From Beijerinckiaceae bacterium (GTDB lineage Bacteria > Pseudomonadota > Alphaproteobacteria > Rhizobiales > Beijerinckiaceae), in contig JAIETL010000056.1 of NCBI GenBank assembly GCA_019745195.1, positions 26,238 to 90,237 on the forward strand: a stretch of 64,000 bases of DNA. Direction: 5' to 3'. The notes beneath the pieces are model-generated. The model was given only the letters and a program-made list of their open reading frames with translations. It did not search any database and was not told the origin of the DNA. Shown here one piece after another: positions 52,152-60,145 of the stretch. Numbering within the stretch: the first letter of the stretch is position 1; each line of letters begins with the position of its first letter. Made by a program: the position numbers and the translations under genes.

Positions 52152-52396
52152 ACGATGCCAGGCGCACGTTCAGGCCGCAAAATACCGGCGGAAACGCCGC
52201 CATACGGGGCATTTTCTGCGTCAGGACTGCGGGTTGACGCAATCTTTCCGCCGCCCGGCCTCCGCTGCCTGTTATTTGGGCGGCCCTTGTACGCTGTTGG
52301 GCAAAGGGGCGGAGACCGCCGATCGGACGACAGCACGCGCCGTCGAAGCAACCCCGGAGCCCTTGACGGTTGGCAGGCGAAGCACATCTTCGCGGC

Positions 52397-53206
52397 ATGA
52401 TCCAGCTCGGCGGCCTCACCGAACCCCAGATGCGCCTGCTCGCCTTCGCGCTGATCTTCGGCGCCATGGCGCTGTGGGAGTTCCGCGAGCCCTGGCGCGC
52501 CTCGGTGCAGGGCCGCATTGTCCGCTGGCCCGGCAATCTCGGCATCTTCGCGATCGACATCGTCGTGGCGCGCCTGCTGTTTCCGGCCTCGGCGATCGGA
52601 TTTGCGACTTATGCGCAGGCACAGGGCCTCGGCCTGTTCAATGTGCTTGGACTGCCGGTGTGGCTGGCCGGCATCGCCGGCTTCCTGCTGCTCGATCTCG
52701 CGATCTACGCCCAGCATGTCGTCTTCCACCATGTGCCATGGCTCTGGCGCCTGCACCGGATGCATCATGCCGATACCGAACTCGACGTGACCTCCGGTTT
52801 TCGCTTCCATCCTGTCGAGATCGTCCTGTCCGTGCTGATCAAGGGACTGGTCATCGTCGCTCTCGGCATACCGCCCGGCGCGGTCCTGGCCTTCGAGATC
52901 GTGCTGAACGGCTCCTCGCTGTTCAACCACGCCAATGTCAGGCTGCGTGCGCCGCTGGAGCGCGTGCTGCGCTGGCTCATCGTCACGCCGGGCATGCACC
53001 GGGTCCATCATTCGGTCGTGATGCGCGAGACCAACTCGAATTACGGTTTCAACCTGCCCTGGTGGGACCGGATCTTCGGCACCTACCGGCCGGAAGCGGC
53101 CGTTGGCGAGGCGGCGATGACGATCGGGCTCGATGAATTCCGCGATCCTGCCGAGCAGCGGCTCGACCGCCTGCTAACGCAGCCGATCCGCGACGAGCGC
53201 GGCTGA
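52397..53206 (+). CDS. Sterol desaturase / fatty acid hydroxylase superfamily membrane protein
   Basis: About 269 aa from ATG 52397 (the ORF opens at 52370). Histidine boxes HVVFHH, HRMHH and HRVHH. Confidence 0.8.
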   Translation: MIQLGGLTEPQMRLLAFALIFGAMALWEFREPWRASVQGRIVRWPGNLGIFAIDIVVARLLFPASAIGFATYAQAQGLGLFNVLGLPVWLAGIAGFLLLDLAIYAQHVVFHHVPWLWRLHRMHHADTELDVTSGFRFHPVEIVLSVLIKGLVIVALGIPPGAVLAFEIVLNGSSLFNHANVRLRAPLERVLRWLIVTPGMHRVHHSVVMRETNSNYGFNLPWWDRIFGTYRPEAAVGEAAMTIGLDEFRDPAEQRLDRLLTQPIRDERG

Positions 53207-53413
53207 GGGGCAAAGCGTGCTGCAGCGCCTGCCTTCTGCCGCGATGCTGTGCAAAACGAACGCCTGAAAAACAGGCAGATCGGTCCTGGTGCCGTGATTC
53301 AGCGGCCCTGCGGAGCTTTTCGCGAGAAGGCGCAGCGCGTTTTTTGACGTTTACGCGGTCGGGAGAATCGCGCAGCCTGTTCCTGTCGGTAACAACTGAA
53401 AGGAGGTGATCCA

Positions 53414-53491
53414 GTGTCTCATTGTCATCAACCGCTGGAGCAAAGCGGGCGGACCTGGACTCATTCCCAGTGGGGGTCTTGTTCCGCGTGA
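53414..53491 (+). other. Candidate 25-codon small ORF, (M)SHCHQPLEQSGRTWTHSQWGSCSA, behind a 13-nt perfect Shine-Dalgarno; could instead be part of an sRNA or leader
   Basis: AAGGAGGTGATCC at 53400-53412. GTG at 53414, 7 nt after the GGAGG core. TGA at 53489-53491. Translated by hand; the ORF is not in the supplied track. Confidence 0.3.
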
Positions 53492-53538
53492 GTTTTCGCG
53501 CCTTTGGGTCCGGTTCTCCGGGCCGCGGTTCGACAATG

Positions 53539-53573
53539 GAAGGGCTGCCCGCAAGGGCAGCCCTTCTTTCGTT
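53539..53573 (+). terminator. Strong intrinsic terminator about 100 nt upstream of rnr
   Basis: Perfect 12-bp stem GAAGGGCTGCCC-GCAA-GGGCAGCCCTTC followed by TTTCGTT. Confidence 0.8.
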
Positions 53574-53674
53574 GCAGATCCGCCCATCCGGCCCGGTTCT
53601 GGCGTTGCCCTCCTGCGCGTGGCAAACAGTCGGGGTGCCTGCACCGCCCTGCCCCCAACCGACGAGCCGATATC

Positions 53675-56026
53675 GTGCCCTCCTCCGCGCCTGAACCCAG
53701 CCGCGAGGCGATCGTCGATTTCATCACGTCCGAACGCACAGCCGGCCGGGAGGTGGGCCGGCGCGAGATCGCGCGCGCTTTCGGGCTCGATGCCGGCGGC
53801 AAGATCTGGCTCAAGCGGCTCATGAAGGAGCTGCAGGAGGACGAGGCGAGCGAGAGCCCCGATACGGCCGCAAAAGCCGGTCATCCGCGCGGCGCGCTGC
53901 CTCCGGTGCTGCTCTCCGAGATCAAGGCCAAGGATCGCGACGGCGATCTCGTCGCCGTTCCGCTGGAGTGGAACGAGGCCGACCAGGGCGCAGCTCCGCG
54001 CATCCTGATCGAACGCCCGCGCGAATTCCGCGCCAAGCGCCATCAGGCCTCGACCGCGCCGGGCCTCGGCGACCATGTCCTGCTTAAGCTGACGCGGCTG
54101 AAAGGTATCGACGGCTTTTCCTATTCCGGCCGCGTGCTCAAGGTCATGGGCAAGGGCAAGGCGCAGGTGCTCGGCATTTTTCGCGCTTTGCCCGATGGTT
54201 CCGGCCGGTTGATCCCAATCGACAAGAAGGCGCAGGGGCGCGAGGCGCTCATCCCGCAAGGCCGCACCTCCGATGCGCAGGATGGCGACCTCGTCTCGGT
54301 GTCCTTGCGCAACGAGACGCGCTTCGGCCCGCCCGAGGCGCATGTGCGCGAGCGGCTGGGCTCGATCAAGTCGGAGCGCGCGGTCAGCCTGATCGCGATC
54401 CATGCCCACGGCATCCCCAACGAATTCAAGCCGGCGACGATCGCGGAGGCCGAGGCCGTCCGTCCCGCCGGCACCGCGGGCCGCGAGGACTGGCGAAAAC
54501 TGCCGCTGATTACCATCGACCCCGCCGACGCCAAGGACCATGACGACGCGGTTCACGCCGCGCCCGATGACGATCCGGACAATCCCGGCGGCCATGTCGT
54601 GACCGTCGCCATCGCCGATGTCGCGGCCTATGTCCGGCCCGGCTCGGCGCTCGACAGGGAGGCGCTGGAGCGCGGCAACTCGGTCTACTTCCCCGACCGC
54701 GTCGTGCCGATGCTGCCGGAGCGCATCTCGAACGATCTCTGCTCGCTGCGCGGCGGGGAGGACCGGCCGGCGCTTGCCGTCAGGCTGGTGCTCAAGGCCG
54801 ACGGCTCGAAGAAGAGCCACTCCTTCCACCGCGTCCTGATGCGCTCGGCCGCCAAACTCTCCTACCAGCAGGCTCAGGCCGCTATCGACGGCAAGCCCGA
54901 CGAGACCACGGGTCCGATCCGCGACGCGATCCTGATGCCGCTCTGGGCCGCCTATGGCGTCGCCTCGCGGGCGCGGGACTCGCGCCAGCCGCTCGATCTC
55001 GACCTGCCCGAGCGCAAGCTGATCCTCAAACCAGACGGCGCGGTCGACCGTGTCGTCGTGCCGGAGCGGCTGGCGGCGCACAAGCTGATCGAGGAGTTCA
55101 TGATCCTCGCCAATGTCGCCGCCGCCGAGACGCTGGAGAAGGCCGGCAGCCTGCTGATCTATCGCTGCCATGACGAGCCCTCGCTGGAGAAGATGCGGGC
55201 GCTCGGCGAGGTGCTGGCCTCGATCGGCATCAAGCTGCCGAAGGACGGCGTGCTGAGGCCAGTGCTGTTCAACCGCATCCTGGCGATGATCAAGGGCTCG
55301 GAGAACGAACTTTTCCTCAACGAGGTCGTGCTTCGGACGCAGGCGCAGGCAGAATATGTCGCGGAGAACTACGGGCATTTCGGCCTGAATCTGCGCCGCT
55401 ACGCCCATTTCACCTCGCCGATCCGGCGTTATGCCGACCTGATCGTGCATCGCGCCCTGATAGCGGGCTTGCGCTTCGGCGAGGATGGGCTGCCGAAGAG
55501 CACGACGCTCGCCGAACTGCGCGAGGTCTCGACGCGCATCTCGGCGGCCGAGCGGCGCGCCATGGCGGCCGAGCGCGAGACCACCGATCGGCTGATCGCG
55601 CATTTCCTCGCCGACCAGATTGGCGCCTCCTTTGACGGCCGGATCGGCGGCGTCAACCGCGCCGGCCTCTTCATCAAGCTCGACGGCACGGGCGCGGACG
55701 GCTTCGTGCCGGCCTCGACGCTGGGCGCCGACTACTACCGCTATGACGAAGCCGGCCACGCGCTCGTCGGCGAGCGCAGCGGCGAGAGCTTCCGGCTCGG
55801 CGACCGGGTCCATGTCAAGCTGGTCGAGGCCGCGCCCGTTGCCGGCGCGCTGCGTTTCGAGTTGCTCTCGGAGGGCCGGCATGTGACACCGGGCCGCTCT
55901 GGAACGCGGGCGGCGCGGCCACCACTTCCGGGACGCGGGCGAGCAAAGTCGTCCGCCTTCAAGCCGGGTTCGTCGAAACCCGGCAATCAGAAGTCCGGCA
56001 AGGCCAAGCCGGGAAAGAGGCGCTGA
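53675..56026 (+). CDS. rnr: Ribonuclease R
   Basis: About 783 aa from GTG 53675 inside ORF 53504..56026. RNB domain motifs (ITIDPADAKDHDDAV, YFPDRVVPMLPE), an S1 domain, and a basic Lys/Gly-rich tail. The start is uncertain. Confidence 0.9.
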   Translation: MPSSAPEPSREAIVDFITSERTAGREVGRREIARAFGLDAGGKIWLKRLMKELQEDEASESPDTAAKAGHPRGALPPVLLSEIKAKDRDGDLVAVPLEWNEADQGAAPRILIERPREFRAKRHQASTAPGLGDHVLLKLTRLKGIDGFSYSGRVLKVMGKGKAQVLGIFRALPDGSGRLIPIDKKAQGREALIPQGRTSDAQDGDLVSVSLRNETRFGPPEAHVRERLGSIKSERAVSLIAIHAHGIPNEFKPATIAEAEAVRPAGTAGREDWRKLPLITIDPADAKDHDDAVHAAPDDDPDNPGGHVVTVAIADVAAYVRPGSALDREALERGNSVYFPDRVVPMLPERISNDLCSLRGGEDRPALAVRLVLKADGSKKSHSFHRVLMRSAAKLSYQQAQAAIDGKPDETTGPIRDAILMPLWAAYGVASRARDSRQPLDLDLPERKLILKPDGAVDRVVVPERLAAHKLIEEFMILANVAAAETLEKAGSLLIYRCHDEPSLEKMRALGEVLASIGIKLPKDGVLRPVLFNRILAMIKGSENELFLNEVVLRTQAQAEYVAENYGHFGLNLRRYAHFTSPIRRYADLIVHRALIAGLRFGEDGLPKSTTLAELREVSTRISAAERRAMAAERETTDRLIAHFLADQIGASFDGRIGGVNRAGLFIKLDGTGADGFVPASTLGADYYRYDEAGHALVGERSGESFRLGDRVHVKLVEAAPVAGALRFELLSEGRHVTPGRSGTRAARPPLPGRGRAKSSAFKPGSSKPGNQKSGKAKPGKRR

Positions 56027-56481
56027 TGTCGGTGCAGGTTCACACATCCATGGGGCGGCCAGGGGAGCGCGACTGGCGTCTGGCGATCGGCCGCGGCCTG
56101 ATGGGCAAATGCCCGCATTGCGGCGAGGGCAAGCTGTTTCGCGCCTTCCTCAAGCCCGTCGACGCCTGCGAGGCCTGCGGCGAGCCGATGTATCACCAGC
56201 GCGCCGACGACCTGCCGCCCTATGTCGTCATCACAATCGTCGGCCATATCGTCGTCGGCGGCCTGCTGATGGCGGAAAAATACGCCGCCTGGCCGATGTG
56301 GCTGCACATGACGATCTGGCCGGCGCTGACGATCCTGCTGGCCATCCCGATGATGCAGCCCGTCAAGGGTGGTGTGGTCGGCCTGCAATGGGCGCTGCGC
56401 ATGCACGGCTTCGGCGGCGAGCCGCCCCGGCCCGAGCGCCAGCCCGGTCCTGCCAAAACATTGCCGGCGCCCCACCCGTGA
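56026..56481 (+). CDS. DUF983 domain membrane protein (zinc-ribbon plus TM)
   Basis: 151 aa with a CPHCGEGKLF..CEACG zinc-ribbon followed by two TM segments. The ATG overlaps the rnr TGA by 1 nt. Confidence 0.8.
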   Translation: MSVQVHTSMGRPGERDWRLAIGRGLMGKCPHCGEGKLFRAFLKPVDACEACGEPMYHQRADDLPPYVVITIVGHIVVGGLLMAEKYAAWPMWLHMTIWPALTILLAIPMMQPVKGGVVGLQWALRMHGFGGEPPRPERQPGPAKTLPAPHP

Positions 56482-57212
56482 GCGACCACGCCGTCACGCT
56501 GACGAAGGCCGAGCGCGCTCGCGTCGCCATCAATCTGCGCCCGCGCGACGCCGCGACCATGCTGATTATCGACCGCACGACGAAGAAGCCGCGCGTCCTG
56601 ATGGGCAAGCGCCATGCGAGCCACAAATTCATGCCCGGCAAGTTCGTCTTTCCGGGCGGTCGGGTCGATCCCGGCGACAGGCGCATGGCAGCCACGGGCG
56701 CGCTCGGCCAGATTTGCGAGAACCGGCTCGCCGCGCGCGTCGTGCGCCCGAGTTCGGCCAAAGCCCGCGCGCTGGCGCTGGCGGCGATCCGCGAGACCTT
56801 CGAGGAGACCGGGCTTTTGTTCGGCACGCGCGAGTTCGGCGCACCGGGCAAGCCTCCAGCGGGCACATGGGCCGAATTCGCCGCCCACGGCGTCTTTCCC
56901 GACCTCTCCGCCGTCACCTATGTCGCCCGCGCGATCACGCCGCCGCGCCGGCCCAAGCGCTTCGACACACGTTTCTTTGCGGTCGATTTCAACGGCGTCG
57001 CGGCCAAGGTCGAGGACGTCGTGGGTCCCGACACCGAGCTGGTCGAATTGGTCTGGGTCGATTTCGACGAGGCGAAGGAACTGGATCTGCCGACCATCAC
57101 CAAAGTGATCATCCAGGAGGTTGAGTCCCGCCTCGCAGGGGGCTTCGGCCCGCATCTGCCGGTGCCATTCTACTGGGAGAAGAACGGCAGCTTCGTGCGT
57201 GAGGAGTTGTAG
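56478..57212 (+). CDS. NUDIX hydrolase
   Basis: 244 aa from a GTG overlapping the DUF983 stop (GTGA). Nudix box elements GKFVFPGGRVD...AAIRETFEETGL. Confidence 0.8.
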   Translation: MSDHAVTLTKAERARVAINLRPRDAATMLIIDRTTKKPRVLMGKRHASHKFMPGKFVFPGGRVDPGDRRMAATGALGQICENRLAARVVRPSSAKARALALAAIRETFEETGLLFGTREFGAPGKPPAGTWAEFAAHGVFPDLSAVTYVARAITPPRRPKRFDTRFFAVDFNGVAAKVEDVVGPDTELVELVWVDFDEAKELDLPTITKVIIQEVESRLAGGFGPHLPVPFYWEKNGSFVREEL

Positions 57213-57318
57213 CGCGGACACCGGGGCGACAGCCTGCCTCCCGCGCCGGCGCGGGAGGTCGGGGCGGCATTCTTTCTTGACTTCGCCACCGGGTTGCGGC
57301 ATCCCCGGCGCACAGTTT

Positions 57319-57348
57319 GCCGGGGCCTTGCCCGGCCATTTCTTTTTT
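57319..57348 (+). terminator. Terminator-like hairpin plus T-tract 38 nt upstream of the rpmG start codon
   Basis: GCCGGG-GCCTTG-CCCGGC followed by CATTTCTTTTTTCG. Confidence 0.5.
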
Positions 57349-57385
57349 CGGGCCTCGAGCGGCCCACAAGCCCGGGGATATCGCC

Positions 57386-57553
57386 ATGGCCAAGGCCGTG
57401 ACCATCAAGATCAAGCTCCTCTCGACCGCCGACACCGGCTTCTTCTATGTCACCAAGAAGAACTCGCGCACGATGACCGAGAAGATGTCGAAGAAGAAGT
57501 ACGACCCGGTCGCGCGCAAGCACGTCGAGTTCAAGGAAACCAAGATCAAGTGA
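57386..57553 (+). CDS. rpmG: 50S ribosomal protein L33
   Basis: 55 aa from ATG 57386: [55 protein letters not shown]. Confidence 0.95.
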   Translation: MAKAVTIKIKLLSTADTGFFYVTKKNSRTMTEKMSKKKYDPVARKHVEFKETKIK

Positions 57554-57606
57554 TCCTGGCTGCCCGTGTTTCGACACGCTTCCGGCACGACACGACCTTT
57601 CGAAAG

Positions 57607-57634
57607 ACCGCCCGGCTTCCGGGCGGTTTTTCGT
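57607..57634. terminator. Bidirectional intrinsic terminator between rpmG and the convergent 112-aa gene
   Basis: ACCGCCCGG-CTT-CCGGGCGGT, with TTTTTCGTT on the plus strand and TCTTTCG on the minus strand. Confidence 0.8.
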
Positions 57635-57662
57635 TCAGGCCTGCGCGTCCTCGTCTCGCCTG

Positions 57663-58001
57663 CTATGAGCCGGGTTTCGGCACGAACAGGCAGAACGGCT
57701 TCTCGGTCGGCGCGATCACGGCGCCGCTGAGCATGCCGGCCCTGCGGCAGACGTGGAAGCGGCCGTCCTTCGAGACGCGGGTGGCGCCTTCGGGCACGAA
57801 CGTTCCGTCATGGGTCATGTACCCGCCGGGCACGATCCGAGGATCTGGCTCCTTGGCGTCGCGGTCGAGGCCCATGGGCCAGCAATCGCGGTCGCTGCAG
57901 CAATCGTAAGGGTACCAGCTGTGCGCATGAACAAGCCCTCCGCCCCACGGTAATGCCGTGAGACAGAGCGCCAATGCGAATTTACGCATGGGTCGCTCCA
58001 T
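57663..58001 (-). CDS. Secreted Cys-rich hypothetical protein
   Basis: 112 aa (or 108 aa from ATG 57989). Signal peptide MRKFALALCLTALPWGGGLVHA, and a mature N-terminus HSWYPYDCCSDRDCWP. High GC3. Confidence 0.6.
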   Translation of the reverse strand: MERPMRKFALALCLTALPWGGGLVHAHSWYPYDCCSDRDCWPMGLDRDAKEPDPRIVPGGYMTHDGTFVPEGATRVSKDGRFHVCRRAGMLSGAVIAPTEKPFCLFVPKPGS

Positions 58002-58087
58002 TGATCGAGGATGTCAGGCCAGTCTCTTCGCGCTCTCGTGAGAGCTTCGAATCGTCATCAAACTATCATGCGGATGGTTAACGGGGA

Positions 58088-58095
58088 TTAACCAT
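58088..58095. promoter_or_regulatory. CtrA-type half-site TTAACCAT
   Basis: Exact 8-mer read directly. It lies in a low-GC spacer about 90-100 nt upstream of the 112-aa gene and about 190 nt upstream of small ORF 58283. An adjacent TTAA at 58078-58081 gives TTAA-N6-TTAA, not the canonical N7. Confidence 0.3.
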
Positions 58096-58282
58096 GCTGC
58101 GCTGCAGCATAATTAAGCCGGCAGCGTAGCGTCATTCTCTTCGCTTTTGGATAGGATGTTGTAATTTTGTTACGCTTTTTGGCCGCGCCGCTATCAGGAT
58201 TGCCTTAAAGTAAGCTCATCGACGCAGGCGCGGCGGCAATGCCGGCGACAGGTGCCGCACTGCAGCGGCCGGGACGGACCAG

Positions 58283-58483
58283 TTGAGCATCGATCGCAAG
58301 GACGACCAATCTCCGCATGCGCCCCACGGGCCTGTGCGCAAAATGCTGCGGCTGATCGTGGAGAGCGACAGTTCGCGCTATCTCGGCCACAGGGTCGGCG
58401 CGTCGCTGGCGCTGATTGGGCTGATCGCCCTGTTCGCGCTTGCAGGCTACGGCGTGCCGGCGCTGCTGGCGCACTACTTCTGA
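58283..58483 (+). CDS. Small tail-anchored membrane protein candidate (66 aa from TTG, or 46 aa from ATG 58343)
   Basis: C-terminal TM segment ASLALIGLIALFALAGYGVPALLAHYF. About 41/46 G/C-ending codons in the ATG-to-stop part. A 14-bp hairpin (58503-58555) follows the ORF. Confidence 0.4.
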   Translation: MSIDRKDDQSPHAPHGPVRKMLRLIVESDSSRYLGHRVGASLALIGLIALFALAGYGVPALLAHYF

Positions 58484-58750
58484 CCAGGAATTGCCGAGAG
58501 GTGGTCGGTCGACGACAGGTCTGAGGAGGCCAGATTGTCCCGTCGCCGACCGACCGAGCCCAGCGGTTTCCCAGGAGATGCGGCGGACCTGAGCACCCGG
58601 AGGGCGTTTCGCCAGCGCCCGGTTGCGGCCGCTGCTGGAAAGACCCTACAGCCGCACCGCCTCGAATCAATCGAAGATGGTTGATTCACCAATGTTCATC
58701 GGTAGTTAACCCTACCTCGAAAGATTAACGCCCGCGATCGCGCGCAATGT

Positions 58751-60127
58751 TCAGGCAGCGTTGGCGACGATGACGCGGTTGCGGCCGGCAGCCTTGGCCC
58801 TGTAGAGCGCGTCGTCGGCACGTTTCATCATCTCTGCGGACGACGCGTCGCCGGCGCGACGGCTGGCGACGCCGATCGACACAGTCACCGGGATCTGGCG
58901 GGCGTTGGAATGGATCGCGAAGGCTTCGGCTTCGACGCGCTCGCGGATGCGTTCGGCCACGGCATAGGCCGCTTCCAGCGTGGTGTCGGGCAAAACCACC
59001 ACGATCTCCTCGCCGCCCATGCGGGCAACGAGATCGATTCCGCGCGTGCAGGCGCGGACCCGGTCGGCGAATTCGCGCAGAACCTCGTCGCCGGCATCGT
59101 GCCCCCAGCTATCGTTGACGAGCTTGAAGCGATCGACATCGAGCACAAGCATCGCCAGCGAACGGGCACGCAGGGCCGATTCGTCGAACATCACCGAGAG
59201 TCGGCTGTCCATGAAACGGCGGTTATGCAGCCCGGTGAGTTGGTCCATCACCGCCATCTCCATCGATGACTGGACGCTGTCGCGCAGTTTCTCGGTGAAA
59301 CGCTTGCGGCGGACCTGCGTGCGCACGCGCGCCAGCAGTTCGTTGCGGTCGATCGGACGGATCAGGAAGTCGTGCGCGCCGATCTCCAGCCCGCGCAGGA
59401 TGCGGGCGCGGTCCTCGGCCTCGCCCAGCATCAGCACGGAGATGTTGCGGGTGCGCTCCAGCGAGCGGAGCTGGCTGCACAGGCGCAGGCCGTCGTAGGA
59501 TTTCAGATCGAGACTGACGAGAACGCTGTCGAACTCGCCCTCCGCCGCCCGGACCAGCGCCTGCTGCGGATCGGCCTCGACCTCGACGGCATGAAAGGCC
59601 GACAATGCGGCCTGGAGGCGCTCGACGACGGTCGGACGGTCCTCGACCAGGAGAATGCGGCCGTTGAGCCCCGTTTCGGAGGCGGCCGCCGCGAGCGGGT
59701 CGGCGATGCCGAGCCGGCGCGAGGCGAGCGCGCGGTTGCGCAGTTCGTCGGTGACGGATTTCAGGCGCACCAGGCTGCGCACGCGCGCAAACAGCGCCGT
59801 GTCGTCGAGCGGCTTGGTCAGGAAGTCGTCGGCGCCGGCGTCGAGCCCCTTGAGACGGTCGCTCGGCTGGTCGAGCGCCGTGACCATCACCACCGGAATA
59901 TGCGCGGTGGTGGCGCCGCTTTTCAGCCGACGGCAGACCTCGAAGCCGTCCATGCCGGGCATCATCACGTCAAGCAGGACGATATCGGCCTCGCCGCGTT
60001 CGCAAATGCTAAGCGCATCGAGGCCATTCAGGGCGGTCGCGACATCGAAATACTCTGCCGAAAGCTTGGCCTCCAGCAGCTTCACATTGGTGATGATGTC
60101 GTCGACGACCAGGACGCGCGCGGACAT
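58751..60127 (-). CDS. pleD: Response regulator diguanylate cyclase PleD (REC-REC-GGDEF)
   Basis: 458 aa with two receiver domains (VLVVDD..LLDVMMPGMDG; ILLVED) and a GGDEF domain with a GGEEI active site and an RxxD I-site context. Confidence 0.92.
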   Translation of the reverse strand: MSARVLVVDDIITNVKLLEAKLSAEYFDVATALNGLDALSICERGEADIVLLDVMMPGMDGFEVCRRLKSGATTAHIPVVMVTALDQPSDRLKGLDAGADDFLTKPLDDTALFARVRSLVRLKSVTDELRNRALASRRLGIADPLAAAASETGLNGRILLVEDRPTVVERLQAALSAFHAVEVEADPQQALVRAAEGEFDSVLVSLDLKSYDGLRLCSQLRSLERTRNISVLMLGEAEDRARILRGLEIGAHDFLIRPIDRNELLARVRTQVRRKRFTEKLRDSVQSSMEMAVMDQLTGLHNRRFMDSRLSVMFDESALRARSLAMLVLDVDRFKLVNDSWGHDAGDEVLREFADRVRACTRGIDLVARMGGEEIVVVLPDTTLEAAYAVAERIRERVEAEAFAIHSNARQIPVTVSIGVASRRAGDASSAEMMKRADDALYRAKAAGRNRVIVANAA

Positions 60128-60145
60128 GAGGCTGCTTTCGGCTGT

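Noticed and set aside
53351-56047. 898-aa ORF on the minus strand
   Set aside because: It is antisense to rnr, which has clear RNB/S1 motifs. The antisense translation has no family resemblance.
58078-58095. Full CtrA box
   Set aside because: The two TTAA elements are separated by 6 nt, not the canonical 7. Only the TTAACCAT half-site is retained, as a low-confidence feature.
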